Positions 1 to 11,296 of a stretch of 64,000 nucleotides of DNA are shown one piece after another. Position 1 is the first letter of the stretch. Each line of letters starts with the position of its first letter. The notes beneath the pieces are model-generated. The model did not search any database. It worked only from the letters and a program-made list of their open reading frames with translations, and was not told where the DNA came from. Both the position numbers and the translations under genes were made by a program. Origin of the DNA: Lingula anatina (lineage: Eukaryota > Animalia > Brachiopoda); NCBI GenBank assembly GCA_051362555.1, contig CM120642.1, forward strand, positions 12,462,001 through 12,526,000. The letters run 5' to 3'.

Positions 1-1696
1 AATAGTGTGCATCCTTGGATATTCTGAGAAAAAGATACCTACAATTTAACATAGGAATACTAATGGGTGGGTTTCAATTGCTGCTAGAGAGGCATATGGT
101 TCATTATACAATTACATTTCCATGGGTTTGTTTTAAAAATAATTTATGTTTTTTATTCCATTTATTATTACCCCTATGATGTATACCTGGTCTGTAGCGT
201 GTGTGTATATTTGGGTATTCTGAAAAAATTCAAGATGTCTGCCTTTTGTCATTAGAATATTCGAACACATAATCAAATAATGCTACACTGAGTACGATTT
301 AAATGTAGTTAACTTTGGGTCGTTTTTAAATGTTTTTCATATCCTATTTATCCTTATGAAAGACTCTGTGTGTTTTGAAAGTGTATGTATCCTTGAGTAT
401 TATTCGGAGCAAACCCAAGATAGCTGTCAGTTGTCATAGGAATATACCATTCAAATGCACATAGGTGTCAATTAATAGAACAGTTCAGACATTGATTCCA
501 ACACGAAATAAAGCCGTTTGATGTTTAAACATGTTGACATCCTTATTAAGCTTACTCTTTATAAATCTGGTGTGTAGCAAGTGTGCATCTTGCGTATTTG
601 AGAAAATTAAAGATTGCTGCAATTCACAATAGGAATAGTACAGTCAACTACTGCCAGAGAGAAATTGGGTTTAATATAAAATGAATTTTGTTTCTCGGTA
701 TTTCCAACATTCTTTTAGAACTTTTAGATATCTATCTGGTGGGTAACAAGTTTATACCCTTAAGTATTTTGAAAAAATATCATGATTACCCTCATTTGCC
801 TTAGAAGTGCCTAAAAAATCTAATGCACCAGTTTTCCTATGGGGAAAAGAAGGCCATCTTGGATTTCCCCAAAATGATAAAATATGGACATTAATAACCT
901 AACAGATATGTATCATGGGATAATGATACTAAAAAAACAGAATAACGACTGTATTCAGCTTCATTTTATTTGTAAGCCTATCTCTCGCAGGTATTAACTG
1001 AACCCCACCTTCTATGGCTAATGGCAGCCATTTTGTTTTGTTTTGTTTTAAAAAAGGATACACATAACATTCTCATCACATATGTATTATGTGAATTAAA
1101 AAGATGTGGAAAATACTCAGAAACAAACCTAATTTATCAATTAATATTATATCTCCATGGCAGAAGAAGCCCTATGTGTATACTAGTATTCCTTTTATAT
1201 GGGGGCCATCTTGGATTTTTCTCGAATTGCCTGTGAATAAAGGTTAGTTACTCACCACAAATATATTATTTGTGTAATAAGAAACAAAATTATTTAGATA
1301 GTGGGCAATGCATCTTCCTGGTTGGCATTAGTTAGTTGAAAACCCTTGTACATGTCCTAGTATTCCTATGCCATACGGCGGCCATCTTGGATTTTTCAAT
1401 AAGTCCAAGGACACTAGTTTGTTATCTGACACATATGCATAATATGGGTAATAAGGATGTGGAAAACATTGAGAAAATACTTAATTTGATAAAAATCATC
1501 ATAGATATGTATATATTTCTACAAAATTTCACAAATTGGCGGCCATTTTGGATTTCTTGGCCAAACGGTAATTTTTTTCTGTGGGCTACGGCTCTAATTT
1601 GATTTAGTATGTCAAAAGGTACCCACATGCAAAATTTGGTGCTTTTATCCACTGTGTCACGATTTGGCCATTTTTTTGTCCTAAGCAACCGGACTA
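1..1696. mobile_element. Right part of a DNA-transposon-derived element (Academ-like end) inside an SLC22 A intron
   Basis: Recurrent GGCGGCCATCTTGGATTT motifs (~852, 1021, 1203, 1377, 1538), with degenerate inverted versions in a ~185-195-bp periodic array at 1-800. Ends ...GTCCTAAGCAACCGGACTA. TAG..CTA termini are recalled for the Academ superfamily; the family call is unverified. Confidence 0.6.
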
Positions 1697-1731
1697 CTGT
1701 CTATGATTCTTTTTTATGTTATTTCTTACAG

Positions 1732-1886
1732 ATTTGGACGGAGGCCGGTGTTTTTGGGTAGTGTAATTGTCTTAGCAGTTTCAGGGATTGCACTGGCGTT
1801 TTCTCCAAACATGACGGTGTTTTGCGTTTTGTTTGTCATCCAAGGCACCAGTGACTCTTGTATGTGCATGGCACTGGTTACCCTAG
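1732..1886 (+). CDS. SLC22 A exon (155 nt; GC donor follows)
   Basis: ttacag|ATTTGGACGG...ACCCTAG|gcgagt; homologous to 12420-12574. Confidence 0.9.
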
Positions 1887-4800
1887 GCGAGTGAATATGC
1901 TACTTTTTAAAAGTCTTGTGAAATATACCTATTGTACCTTTAATCATGTATGTATGCATGACCTATTATAAACCGAAATTTTATACACTTTTTATTTATA
2001 AACCAACCTGTTACTTACCCAAACCCTAAAGTAGGGTCTATTTGTATAACATCCATCCGAAATTCACATAGTTTGACATGTTGTTATTGATTTAAAGACT
2101 TGTATGAAACGCCAAATACTCGACCGTTATATACAAAACCTATCTTTACTAAAGGATTTTGTTATTTGATAATTATATTCTTATAGGCATGGAGTTCGTC
2201 GGGCCAAGCAAAAGGAAAATAGCCGGCACTGTGATGGGCATGTGTTACGGACTGGGGCATACACTTTTAGCCGTGGAGGCTTATTTCTTCAGCAACTGGC
2301 GCCACCTGGCGTTGGTAGCAGGTTCTCCAGGGGTCGTCATTATACTCTTCTGGTTGTAAGTGGGTCTGTTCTCACGTCAAAATTTCAATACAATCGACCG
2401 TGAATGAAACATAAAAAATATTTTTTTCCTAGCGTTTTATTATACAAAACCTACTTATTTACATCTTGTTAACACATTTTTATGTTTTTTCGAAGATTCA
2501 GTATCAATTGATGACATTCCCTCTGAGACCCCATCTTTTGCCTATCAATAAACGACCTTTCATTCTATTTAATCAATGCATTTAACGTCTTTTCTACACC
2601 TAAACACAATTTATGTATAAGGCTAAGAGTAGTTATCAAATGCAAAATGTGACATAATTAACGGAGAGAAATTGTATGCATATGCTTTCGTCATAATAAG
2701 ACAATACTCAGAGCAGAAGTACCTCTAATATTCGACCTTTTGTTTTTAGCTTTCTTCCCGAATCTGTACGATGGTTACTGTCTCGCGGCAAGCATAAGGA
2801 GGCAAAGGCGATCATCGCCAAAGTAGCCGCAGTCAACAAGGTAACAATAGAGGAGGACACGTTGGAACGCCTTTTTAAAGAGGAAAACGAGGAAAAGACA
2901 ACCAGAACGCATTCCCCTTTGGATCTTTTTAGGACGTGGAAGAGAGCGAGACTAGCTCTTTTGCATGCTTTCATTTCGTAAGTGACACCATGCATAATAT
3001 ATGTGATAACACCTTGTTGGTAATTCGTTTGCCTACCAGCTGGCTAAGATGATATGGTAAAGAGTTCGTATCTCATGCGGTGTTTCGTGGGTTCGATCCC
3101 TAGTTGAGTATTGCCAGTTTTGATGCCATTGCCCTATCCCCACCCCACACTGTTTAGGGCCCGCTTCCCCATTCTTAAAGGTTTGGAGTAATTAGGTTTG
3201 ATAACATACTAGGTCGAATTTTTTTATTGGTCGATTTTATCATTTAATTAATTTATTTGTATCTTTCCAGGGCCGTCACTGGGATATGCTACTATGGACT
3301 TGCTTTAAATGCACAAGGACTTGGTGGCAGTATATACATCAACTTTGCATTGCTGGGGGCGGCAGATATCCCAGCACAACTGGTTTCGATGTTATTCCTG
3401 GATAAAATTGGGCGAAGAAAACTCCTCTTGTTGTCATTGTGTGGAGGTGGAATTTGTTGCATCGTTTCAGGAATAATCCCCAGAGGTTTGTATTTTCGCG
3501 TATTTGGCTAATGGGATAAAACAAACATGTTGTAAATTTCCTCTTAAGGGGCAAAGTAATTGTTCGAAACACGCCACCACGTTGGTTTTGATCTCGCTTT
3601 GATGCTATACCCTTTATGCCCTTTATGCCCTTTATGAGTAATTTTACTAGTACGTATGTTCATTATATAAAGATTATTTTTTCCTTCACAAATGGTTAGG
3701 CAAAATAATACCAACTAGAGAAATGGTAATGCACTAACTGTATTGTATTATCATTAGTATATCATATTGTACAAGGTCATGACAATCTATGTACCAGTAC
3801 AGAAATAAATTGAATTGAAATTGAATATAAATTTAATTTCAGACTTCGAGTGGGCTGTCATTGCTATGGCAGTGATGGGGAAAATGGTAATAGGTGCTTG
3901 CAAAGACGTGCTTAACATTGTGGCTGTTGAAATGTACCCCACCGTGATACGGTATGCGCTTAATTTTTTATGGATATAAAGAAAGAGAACAAGGCGATTG
4001 TAAGTGGGAAGAATTCCGTTAAGAATGTGCAGAACTTCTTCTCCAGAACTACTTTGCCTCAGAACAGAGTGCCAAAACCGCATTTTTGCACTCTTTCGAT
4101 TCGCGGCATTCAATTTTTTTAATTAAAGTAAAGATGTGTGAATAAACATTTAAGTTACACAATTACTACTCGCACAATAATTCACTAGCATTTTCCTATT
4201 ACGTTTGACTCGTATAACAGTAAGTGTATTGTACACAAACATTTTCATAGTAGAAGTTTAGGCAAATGCACATGAGGTGCCTTTTTTTTGTGATAATTTT
4301 AGAATGAGGCGGGAAACAAGTGTGAAAGAAAAACGAGCCCAGAGAGGGACATGTTTTGTAGTAACATTTGAAAATCACTCGGCTCACCGTCGATTGATTC
4401 AAGGCGTTCGGAAGATAGGCGGAAATTGTCGAGGAGTTCCGAATGATTTGAAAATATTATTCCACATATTCTCGTCTTTCAGAAACATTGGAGTGACCTT
4501 CTCTAACTCCTTTTGTAGAGCTGGAGGGCTTGTGGCCCCGCAGATTTTATTTCTTGCACATCTTTACCGGCCCTTGCCATTTATCACATGGGGATCTCTT
4601 TCTTTACTCGGAGGGATACTAGCCATGCTTCTTCCCGATACGCTTGGGAAACCACTTCCACAGACCCTGGAGGCCTGGGATGCAAGACTAAATTGTGACA
4701 AGTGATTATGTTTCTCACTTTAATTTTGAAGATTAATCATAATCACCGTGTTGAACTTGTCTAAGAAATTATTAAATTTAATTATAAAGCTATAAAGATC

Positions 4801-5507
4801 AACTAAAACTAGGCACAAAACACCATTCGTGTAGCCTTCGATATATTTGCCTTCTTCATAAATAATCTTAGTCCCTGAAGAAGGCACTTACACCGTATGC
4901 CGAAAGCATATGATGGCAATGTTGACAAATGCCTATTTTAAACTTAAAGGGATAATAACTCTTCGTTTTGGCCAAAAAATGAATTTTCCTGGAGTAAACA
5001 ACAATTTTTCCATACTTACCAATGGTTAATGAATCCATTTTTACATTCAAAGTTAGTCTCTGGTTTTTTTTTCTAAAAAGTTTGGTTTTTTGTTAAAATC
5101 TCTTAAGAGATTATAACAGAGTACAGCCATCAGTGGAGGTCACGTGATCTGAAGACAAGCTCAGATATCAAAATTATAGTTATAGCTGCCGTTTTTGTGG
5201 TAAAACAGAATATATTATATTTCTATGAGTTATTCACAATGTTTTTATTGTGAAATATAGATATCATACGAAGAGTTATTATCCCTTTAATGCTTATTTA
5301 CATTTGTCTAGTTTGAATATTTCGGGTTTTTTTTTAGTAAAAGGTAATTATCATTGTCTTGTACACACGTGAGATGCCATTGGGTCGCGTTTAGGCATAA
5401 AACACAGGTTTTGAAATTTTTATGAATTTTGTATTTTCAGTTTGGAATTAGACACAGATATTCCGGTTCATGAAGGAAGCGAACGCGTACAAATGTCAAA
5501 AATATGA
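1732..5507 (+). CDS. SLC22-family MFS transporter, paralogue A (5' exons lie outside the window)
   Basis: Hand-spliced exons 1732-1886, 2187-2355, 2750-2977, 3271-3485, 3843-3951, 4483-4701, 5441-5507 join in frame. Motifs: (R)FGRRPV, MEFVGPSKR, PESVRWL, YYGL, DKIGRR, EMYPTVIR, LPDTLGKPLPQT. The sizes 155/169/228/215/109/219 equal those of paralogue B. The last exon is less certain. Confidence 0.93.
2187..2355 (+). CDS. SLC22 A exon (169 nt)
   Basis: tatag|GCATGGAG...TGGTT|gtaagt; MEFVGPSKRKIAG. Confidence 0.92.
2750..2977 (+). CDS. SLC22 A exon (228 nt)
   Basis: tttag|CTTTCTTCCCGAA...ATTTC|gtaagt; FLPESVRWLLSRG; not shown on + in the ORF track. Confidence 0.92.
3039..3110 (+). mobile_element. 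tRNA-derived SINE head remnant (intronic)
   Basis: A-box-like TGGCTAAGATG..GG and B-box GGTTCGATCCC (3090-3100); no complete cloverleaf. Confidence 0.45.
3271..3485 (+). CDS. SLC22 A exon (215 nt)
   Basis: ttccag|GGCCGTC...AGAG|gtttgt; ICYYGLALN..DKIGRR. Confidence 0.92.
3843..3951 (+). CDS. SLC22 A exon (109 nt)
   Basis: ttcag|ACTTCGAG...ATACG|gtatgc; MGKMVIGACKDVLNIVAVEMYPTVIR. Confidence 0.9.
4483..4701 (+). CDS. SLC22 A exon (219 nt; reads to stop at 4705 if unspliced)
   Basis: tttcag|AAACATTGG...GACAA|gtgatt; NIGVTFSNSFCRAGG..LPDTLGKPLPQT. Confidence 0.9.
4948..5286. mobile_element. MITE with TTAA target duplication (Kolobok-like), 339 bp
   Basis: TTAA|AGGGATAATAACTCTTCGT ... ACGAAGAGTTATTATCCCT|TTAA: perfect 19-bp TIR; central near-palindrome GGTCACGTGATC. 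Confidence 0.88.
5441..5507 (+). CDS. SLC22 A putative terminal exon (NLELDTDIPVHEGSERVQMSKI*)
   Basis: tattttcag acceptor, phase compatible with the donor at 4702; acidic tail analogous to the last exon of paralogue B. Confidence 0.6.
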
Positions 5508-5727
5508 GGCAAGGTACCGGGTAATACTGGTAATTACTACTGTTCAGGATAATTTGTCACCGCTTCAAATGATGGACTTCTTACAGTTGACAGAAAGCAA
5601 ACCGTTCCACCAGTACAGATGCTGGTTGAATGTCATTACATCTTTGCAAGCTTTGGCATTGAAGGAGACTAATGAAAAAAGAGACTTTTAGTATGTGGCA
5701 TAGTGTTTAAATTCCAATGATAATTTA

Positions 5728-5775
5728 CAAGGGTGGATCCAGGGGAGGTTCCACGGTTTCTGGAAACCAGCCAGA
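5728..5775 (+). mobile_element. hAT-like MITE end fragment
   Basis: CAAGGGTGGATCCAGGGGAGG resembles the CAGGGGCGGATCCAG terminus of family 1. Confidence 0.4.
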
Positions 5776-6159
5776 ATTTTCAAAGAATCATTCGAATTAC
5801 CTCCACTATGTAGTTTTCGGCCAGGCGTAATTTATCTGACACGTTTCAAAAAGGTAGTTGCTACTGTGTATATTCTATTGCATCTATAGTCCGTAAGGTC
5901 TGGCTGGAATATACGTTTAGAAATAAACATGCTATTTCATACAAAACAGCGAACCATTAAGATTCTTTACAAACGTTGTGGTTGCGTCATATTTTAATGT
6001 GAATATTATTTAAGGAAACAGCTACTTGTACATCATTCTCAATACGAAAGAAGAGAACGGTGGAGCTAGGTCCGCTATGCAACACTCATGGATAGTTTCA
6101 TATATTGTATACTTAAACTTAAATTTAAACTAAATGCATTTTGGCGAAGGTAGGGCTAC

Positions 6160-6662
6160 GACTTGTGTACAAGTAGGGTAAAAGGATGTACTTTTATGTG
6201 GTGGCGGAGATATTTGCAATATAACTTCAGCGTAGATGTAAACAACACATAGTAATACAAACAGTAGGCCCTATAGGGTTAGTAACTTACCAATGTACTG
6301 AGTAGTAACGTGGGCCCATGCATTTCATCTTAACTGGTCGTCAATTTAATTGTGGTCGTCACAATCTCATTTTAAATCGATCTTGTTCGGTACGCATTAG
6401 ATAGGCGGAGTGTAAACAAGCATCAGTCGAACTGACATAAACAGCCGACATTAAAGTAATTTAATGTCTTGCAAAGGAGACCGATGTGTTATGGTGCGCA
6501 GAGGCCGACAGTTTAGTCCCTCCATTCTAGGTGGGTTTATTTTCAGCAATGCCACGTAACCCTATCTTCGACCAGGCTGACGAGCTGGACCAGTGATCTC
6601 CTCATTCCTCGATCTCTTGTTGTTGCAATATTAAAAACAGGTGTTTGTAAATACGAACCCTT
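6160..6662 (+). repeat. Diverged direct duplication, copy 1 (partner 9618-10109)
   Basis: Colinear blocks shared with 9618-10109: TTCAGCGTAGATGT, GTACTGAGTAGT, TCGTCAATTTAATTGTGG, GACATAAACAGCCGACATTAAAGTAATTTA, CCAGGCTGACGAGCTGG, CTCATTCCTCGATCTCTTGTTGTT. Confidence 0.93.
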
Positions 6663-9500
6663 ACTTTGAGGTGGAATACACGTTTCACCCCCACGTTACC
6701 TATAACGTGGCAGCAACGTTACTTTGAACGTGGATCCAACGTCAAATTGTGAGAGGTTTGGACGTGAAATACACGTTTAACCCCCCAGTTACTTATAACG
6801 TGGCAGCAACGTTACTTTGAACGTGGATCCCACGTAAAATTGTAAGGGATCCCATGTAAATTTGTAATTTTTTTCGACGTGGAATATACATTTCACCCCC
6901 ACGTTTCCTATAACGTGGCAGCAACGTTACTTTGAACGTGGATCCCATGTAAATTTGTAATTTGTTTTCGACGTGGAATACACGTTTCACCCCCACGTTA
7001 CCTATAACGTGGCAGCAACGTTACTTTGAACGTGGATCCCACGTAAACTTGTAAGAGGTTTGAACATGGAATACACGTTTCACCCCCACGTTACTTATAA
7101 CGTGGCAGCAACGTTACTTTGAACGTGGATCCCACATAAAGTGGTAATTGGTTTGAACGTGGAATACACGTTTCACCCCCACGTTACCTATAACGTGGCA
7201 ACAACGTTACTTTGAACGTGGATCCCACGAAAACTTGTAAGAGGTTTGAACATAGAATACACGTTTCTCCACTACCTTACCTATAACGAAGCAGCAACGT
7301 TACTTTGAACGTGGATCCCACGTCAACTTGTTAGAGGTTTGAACGTGGAATACACGTTTCTCCACTACCTTACCTATAACGAAGCAGCAACGTTACTTTG
7401 AACGTGGATCCAACGTCAACTTGTAAGAGGTTTGGACGTGAAATACACGTTTCACCCCCACGTTACTTATAACGTGGCAGCAACGTTACTTTGAACGTGA
7501 ATCCCACAACAAAATGTAATTGGTTTGAACGTGGAATACACGTTTCACCCCCACGTTACCTTACTTTGAACGTGGATCCCACGTCAACTTGTTAGAGGTT
7601 TGAACGTGGAATACACGTTTCTCCACTACCTTACCTATAACGAAGCAGCAACGTTACTTTGAACGTGGATCCCACGTCAACTTGTTAGAGGTTTGAACGT
7701 GGAATACACGTTTCTCCACTACCTTACCTATAACGAAGCAGCAACGTTACTTTGAACGTGGATCCAACGTCAACTTGTAAGAGGTTTGGACGTGAAATAC
7801 ACGTTTCACCCCCACGTTTCCTATAACGTGGCAGCAACGTTACTTTGAACGTGGATCCCATGTAAATTTGTAATTTGTTTTCGACGTGGAATACACGTTT
7901 CACCCCCACGTTACCTATAACGTGGCAGCAACGTTACTTTGAACGTGGATCCTACGTAAACTTGTAAGAGGTTTGAACATGGAATACACGTTTCACCCCC
8001 ACGTTACTTATAACGTGGCAGCAACGTTACTTTGAACGTGGATCCCACATAAATTGGTAATTGGTTTGAACGTGGAATACACGTTTCACCCCCACGTTAC
8101 TTATAACGTGGCAGCAGCCTTACTTTGAACGTGGATCCCACGTCAACTTGTTAGAGGTTTGAACGTGGAATACACGTTTCTCCACTACCTTACCTATAAC
8201 GAAGCAGCAACGTTACTTTGAACGTGGATCCAACGTCAACTTGTAAGAGGTTTGGACGTGGAATACACGTTTCACCCCCACGTTTCCTATAACGTGGCAG
8301 CAACGTTACTTTGAACGTGGATCCCACGTAAACTTGTAAGAGGTTTGAACATGGAATACACGTTTCACCCCCACGTTACTTATAACGTGGCAGCAACGTT
8401 ACTTTGAACGTGGATCCCACATAAAGTGGTAATTGGTTTGAACGTGGAATACACGTTTCACCCCCACGTTACCTATAACGTGGCACCCACGTTACTTTGA
8501 AAGTGGATCCCACGAAAACTTGTAAGAGGTTTGAACATAGAATACACGTTTCTCCACTACCTTACCTATAACGAAGCAGCAACGTTACTTTGAACGTGGA
8601 TCCCACGTCAACTTGTTAGAGGTTTGAACGTGGAATACACGTTTCTCCACTACCTTACCTATAACGAAGCAGCAACGTTACTTTGAACGTGGATCCAACG
8701 TCGACTTGTAAGAGGTTTGGACGTGAAATACACGTTTCACCCCCACGTTACTTATAACGTGGCAGCAACGTTACTTTTAACGTGAATCCCACAACAAAAA
8801 GTAATTGGTTTGAACGTGGAATACACGTTTTACCCCCACGTTACTTATAACGTGGCAGCAACCTTACTTTGAACGTGGATCCCACGTCAACTTGTTAGAG
8901 GTTTGAACGTGGAATACACGTTTCTCCACTACCTTACCTATAACGAAGCAGCAACGTTACTTTGAACGTGGATCCCACGTCAACTTGTTAGAGGTTTGAA
9001 CGTGGAATACACGTTTCTCCACTACCTTACCTATAACGAAGCAGCAACGTTACTTTGAACGTGGATCCAACGTCAACTTGTAAGAGGTTTGGACGTGAAA
9101 TACACGTTTCACCCCCACATTTCCTATAACGTGGCAGCAACGTTACTTTGAACGTGGATCCCATGTAAATTTGTAATTTGTTTTCGACGTGGAATACACG
9201 TTTCACCCCCACGTTACCTATAACGTGGCAGCAACGTTACTTTGAACGTGGATCCTACGTAAACTTGTAAGAGGTTTGAACATGGAATACACGTTTCACC
9301 CCCACGTTACTTATAACGTGGCAGCAACGTTACTTTGAACGTGGATCCCACATAAATTGGTAATTGGTTTGAACGTGGAATACACGTTTCACCCCCACGT
9401 TACCTATAACGTGGCAACAACGTTACTGTGAACGTGGATCCCACGAAAACTTGTAAGAGGTTTGAACGTTTTGAATGTTTCACCCCCACGTGTAACGTGA
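6661..9500. repeat. 93-bp tandem satellite, ~30 copies, with a higher-order repeat
   Basis: Unit ACGTGGAATACACGTTTCACCCCCACGTTACCTATAACGTGGCAGCAACGTTACTTTGAACGTGGATCCCACGTAAACTTGTAAGAGGTTTGA; GGATCC recurs at 7034, 7127, 7220, 7313... (period 93; one variant is 94). Confidence 0.98.
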
Positions 9501-9617
9501 CAGTAGCGTAAATTGGAACACGTTTCCAATGTAAATCTGTAACCTGTAACGTTGATTTCCCACGTCACATATGTACCACATTTCGCCACGACGTAAGAAC
9601 GTTTTGTGTTTGCTGGG
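9500..9617 (-). mobile_element. Probable terminus of a non-autonomous DNA transposon (EnSpm/CACTA-like) carrying the satellite
   Basis: The array decays into ...AGAACGTTTTGTGTTTGCTGGG (rc CCCAGCAAACACAAAACGTT). From memory this resembles CCCAG-ended animal EnSpm-like elements with AACGT subterminal repeats. No matching left end is seen. Confidence 0.55.
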
Positions 9618-10109
9618 GTCTTAATACAAGTTTGGTACTAGGATATACCTTTGTTCGTTGGCAGAAATATTTGAAATAGAGTTCAGCGTAGATGTTAACA
9701 ATAGAAAGTAATTCAAACAGCATAGGGTTACCACAGTACTGAGTAGTGACGTGGACCTATGCGCTTCATCTTACCTGATCGTCAATTTAATTGTGGACGC
9801 AGCAATCTCAGATCGATCTTACATTGTTCGATATGGGCCTACCCATTAAATAGGCGAAATGTAAACAAGCATCAATCGAACCGACATAAACAGCCGACAT
9901 TAAAGTAATTTATTAACGGCATGATTTGCAGAGGAGACTGAGGTGGCAAGGTGCCCAGAGGCCGACGGTTAAATCTCTGCCTTCCAGGTGGGTTTATTTT
10001 CGGCAATACTACGAAACCTTACCCTCCACCAGGCTGACGAGCTGGGTCAGTGATCTTCTCATTCCTCGATCTCTTGTTGTTAACAGGTATTTGTAAATAC
10101 TAACCCTTG
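9618..10109 (+). repeat. Diverged direct duplication, copy 2 (partner 6160-6662)
   Basis: Same colinear blocks as above, with scattered substitutions and small indels. Confidence 0.93.
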
Positions 10110-11296
10110 TTAAAATTGTGAAAGAGTGTACCTTCCCCCCCCCCCCCCTGTAGTGTTGTTACAAGTAAGGGACTGCCGTAGTGAACCGGTATAGGCAACA
10201 TCAGCTACGAAAACCGCTCGAAGTGAACGGGGCATATTGCTTACTGGTAGCACTGTACGTAGGTCGCCAGAAAGCTGTTTTTCACTTCACATAAGGAGGA
10301 ACGTAGTCATACAGGTAGAGAGGATTGCATAAGCGGTTTGGCCTATCAGTATAGCTGTAGCAGCCCAAATATTTCCACAATCTTATTTGTTAATACAGTG
10401 AGTGGGATGGTCAGTGCATTAAGTGGGGGCACGAGGAACATCGGGTCAAATCACTTGGGCTCCATTGTAAGCTCGAGATCCAGCTTATTTTCCACATTTT
10501 TCAACACATCCAGTTCGAGACGGCGTCTCTCTCACAATCGTATTCACACAGCAGACCTAACACGGCAACAGGTGGGGCCACAGAGAATATTGTAGTGTTA
10601 ACTTGCTCGAAACCACCTGTTAATATCTCGTGCACAGTGTGTCATCACTACCCATGCAGTACGGCTACCTAGCCCCTTCGGACTGCAAGACTAAAGTTTG
10701 GAGATTTGATAGGCAGTAGATATTTTTAGTCTTTTTCACTCAGGTTTTGCTGTGGCCCAGTGTAATATAGCGCATAACATCCATTGAGTAATTAAGTGCC
10801 CATTGACCTTTTATATTATGTCGACAGGCGATAAAATTCATATGTGAGAGCTCAGTGCGTACACAGCTATTTGGCTGCAAGGGGGCCTTGTCTGGTATAA
10901 GGTAGATATTTTTGATAATTTTTAAAACTTTAATTTAATTGTCTTTGCGACTAGAATATGTTTCATTTTAAATTAGCTCGTTTGATTCAGATATATTTGT
11001 ATTCAGGACTCAATTGACTTGTGTGTATATGGTCTTATGCATTTTTTCTGTTCATTGACCTACTGTAGTAGAAAAATAACCTAAGTCGTGCAGACCAAAT
11101 TTGATTTCCTAGCATCTCTATTTTAATATTTTTAAAACAGTAGCTTTGTGTTTTTTTCTCCGTGCCAGAAACCATTACAACCGTTACTGGCGTCCAAAGG
11201 AAGACGCGTTTCCCTGGCGACAGATAAGGACCAAAATGAAAAAGTGAGAAAAAACAATTTGTCTAACAGGCTAGCAGACCTAAACCTTTACAAACA

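Noticed and set aside
2708-2995. Minus-strand ORFs 2708-2995 and 13744-13989 that resemble each other
   Set aside because: Antisense shadows of homologous SLC22 exons
3039-3110. Functional tRNA gene
   Set aside because: B-box present, but the acceptor and anticodon stems do not pair; treated as a SINE remnant
6661-9500. CRISPR array (constant repeat plus variable spacer appearance)
   Set aside because: The variable windows are mutually homologous and recur, the constant part is ~70 bp, there are no cas genes and the context is eukaryotic
6793-9589. Repeated minus-strand ORFs (MGVKRVFHVENK...) as a repeat protein
   Set aside because: A by-product of the 93-bp (31-codon) period; frequent stops and 94-bp frameshifting variants
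10150-10600. Coding-like GC-richer patch (ORF 10338-10595)
   Set aside because: Stops in the plausible minus-strand frames and no recognisable motif; possibly TE debris, unsupported
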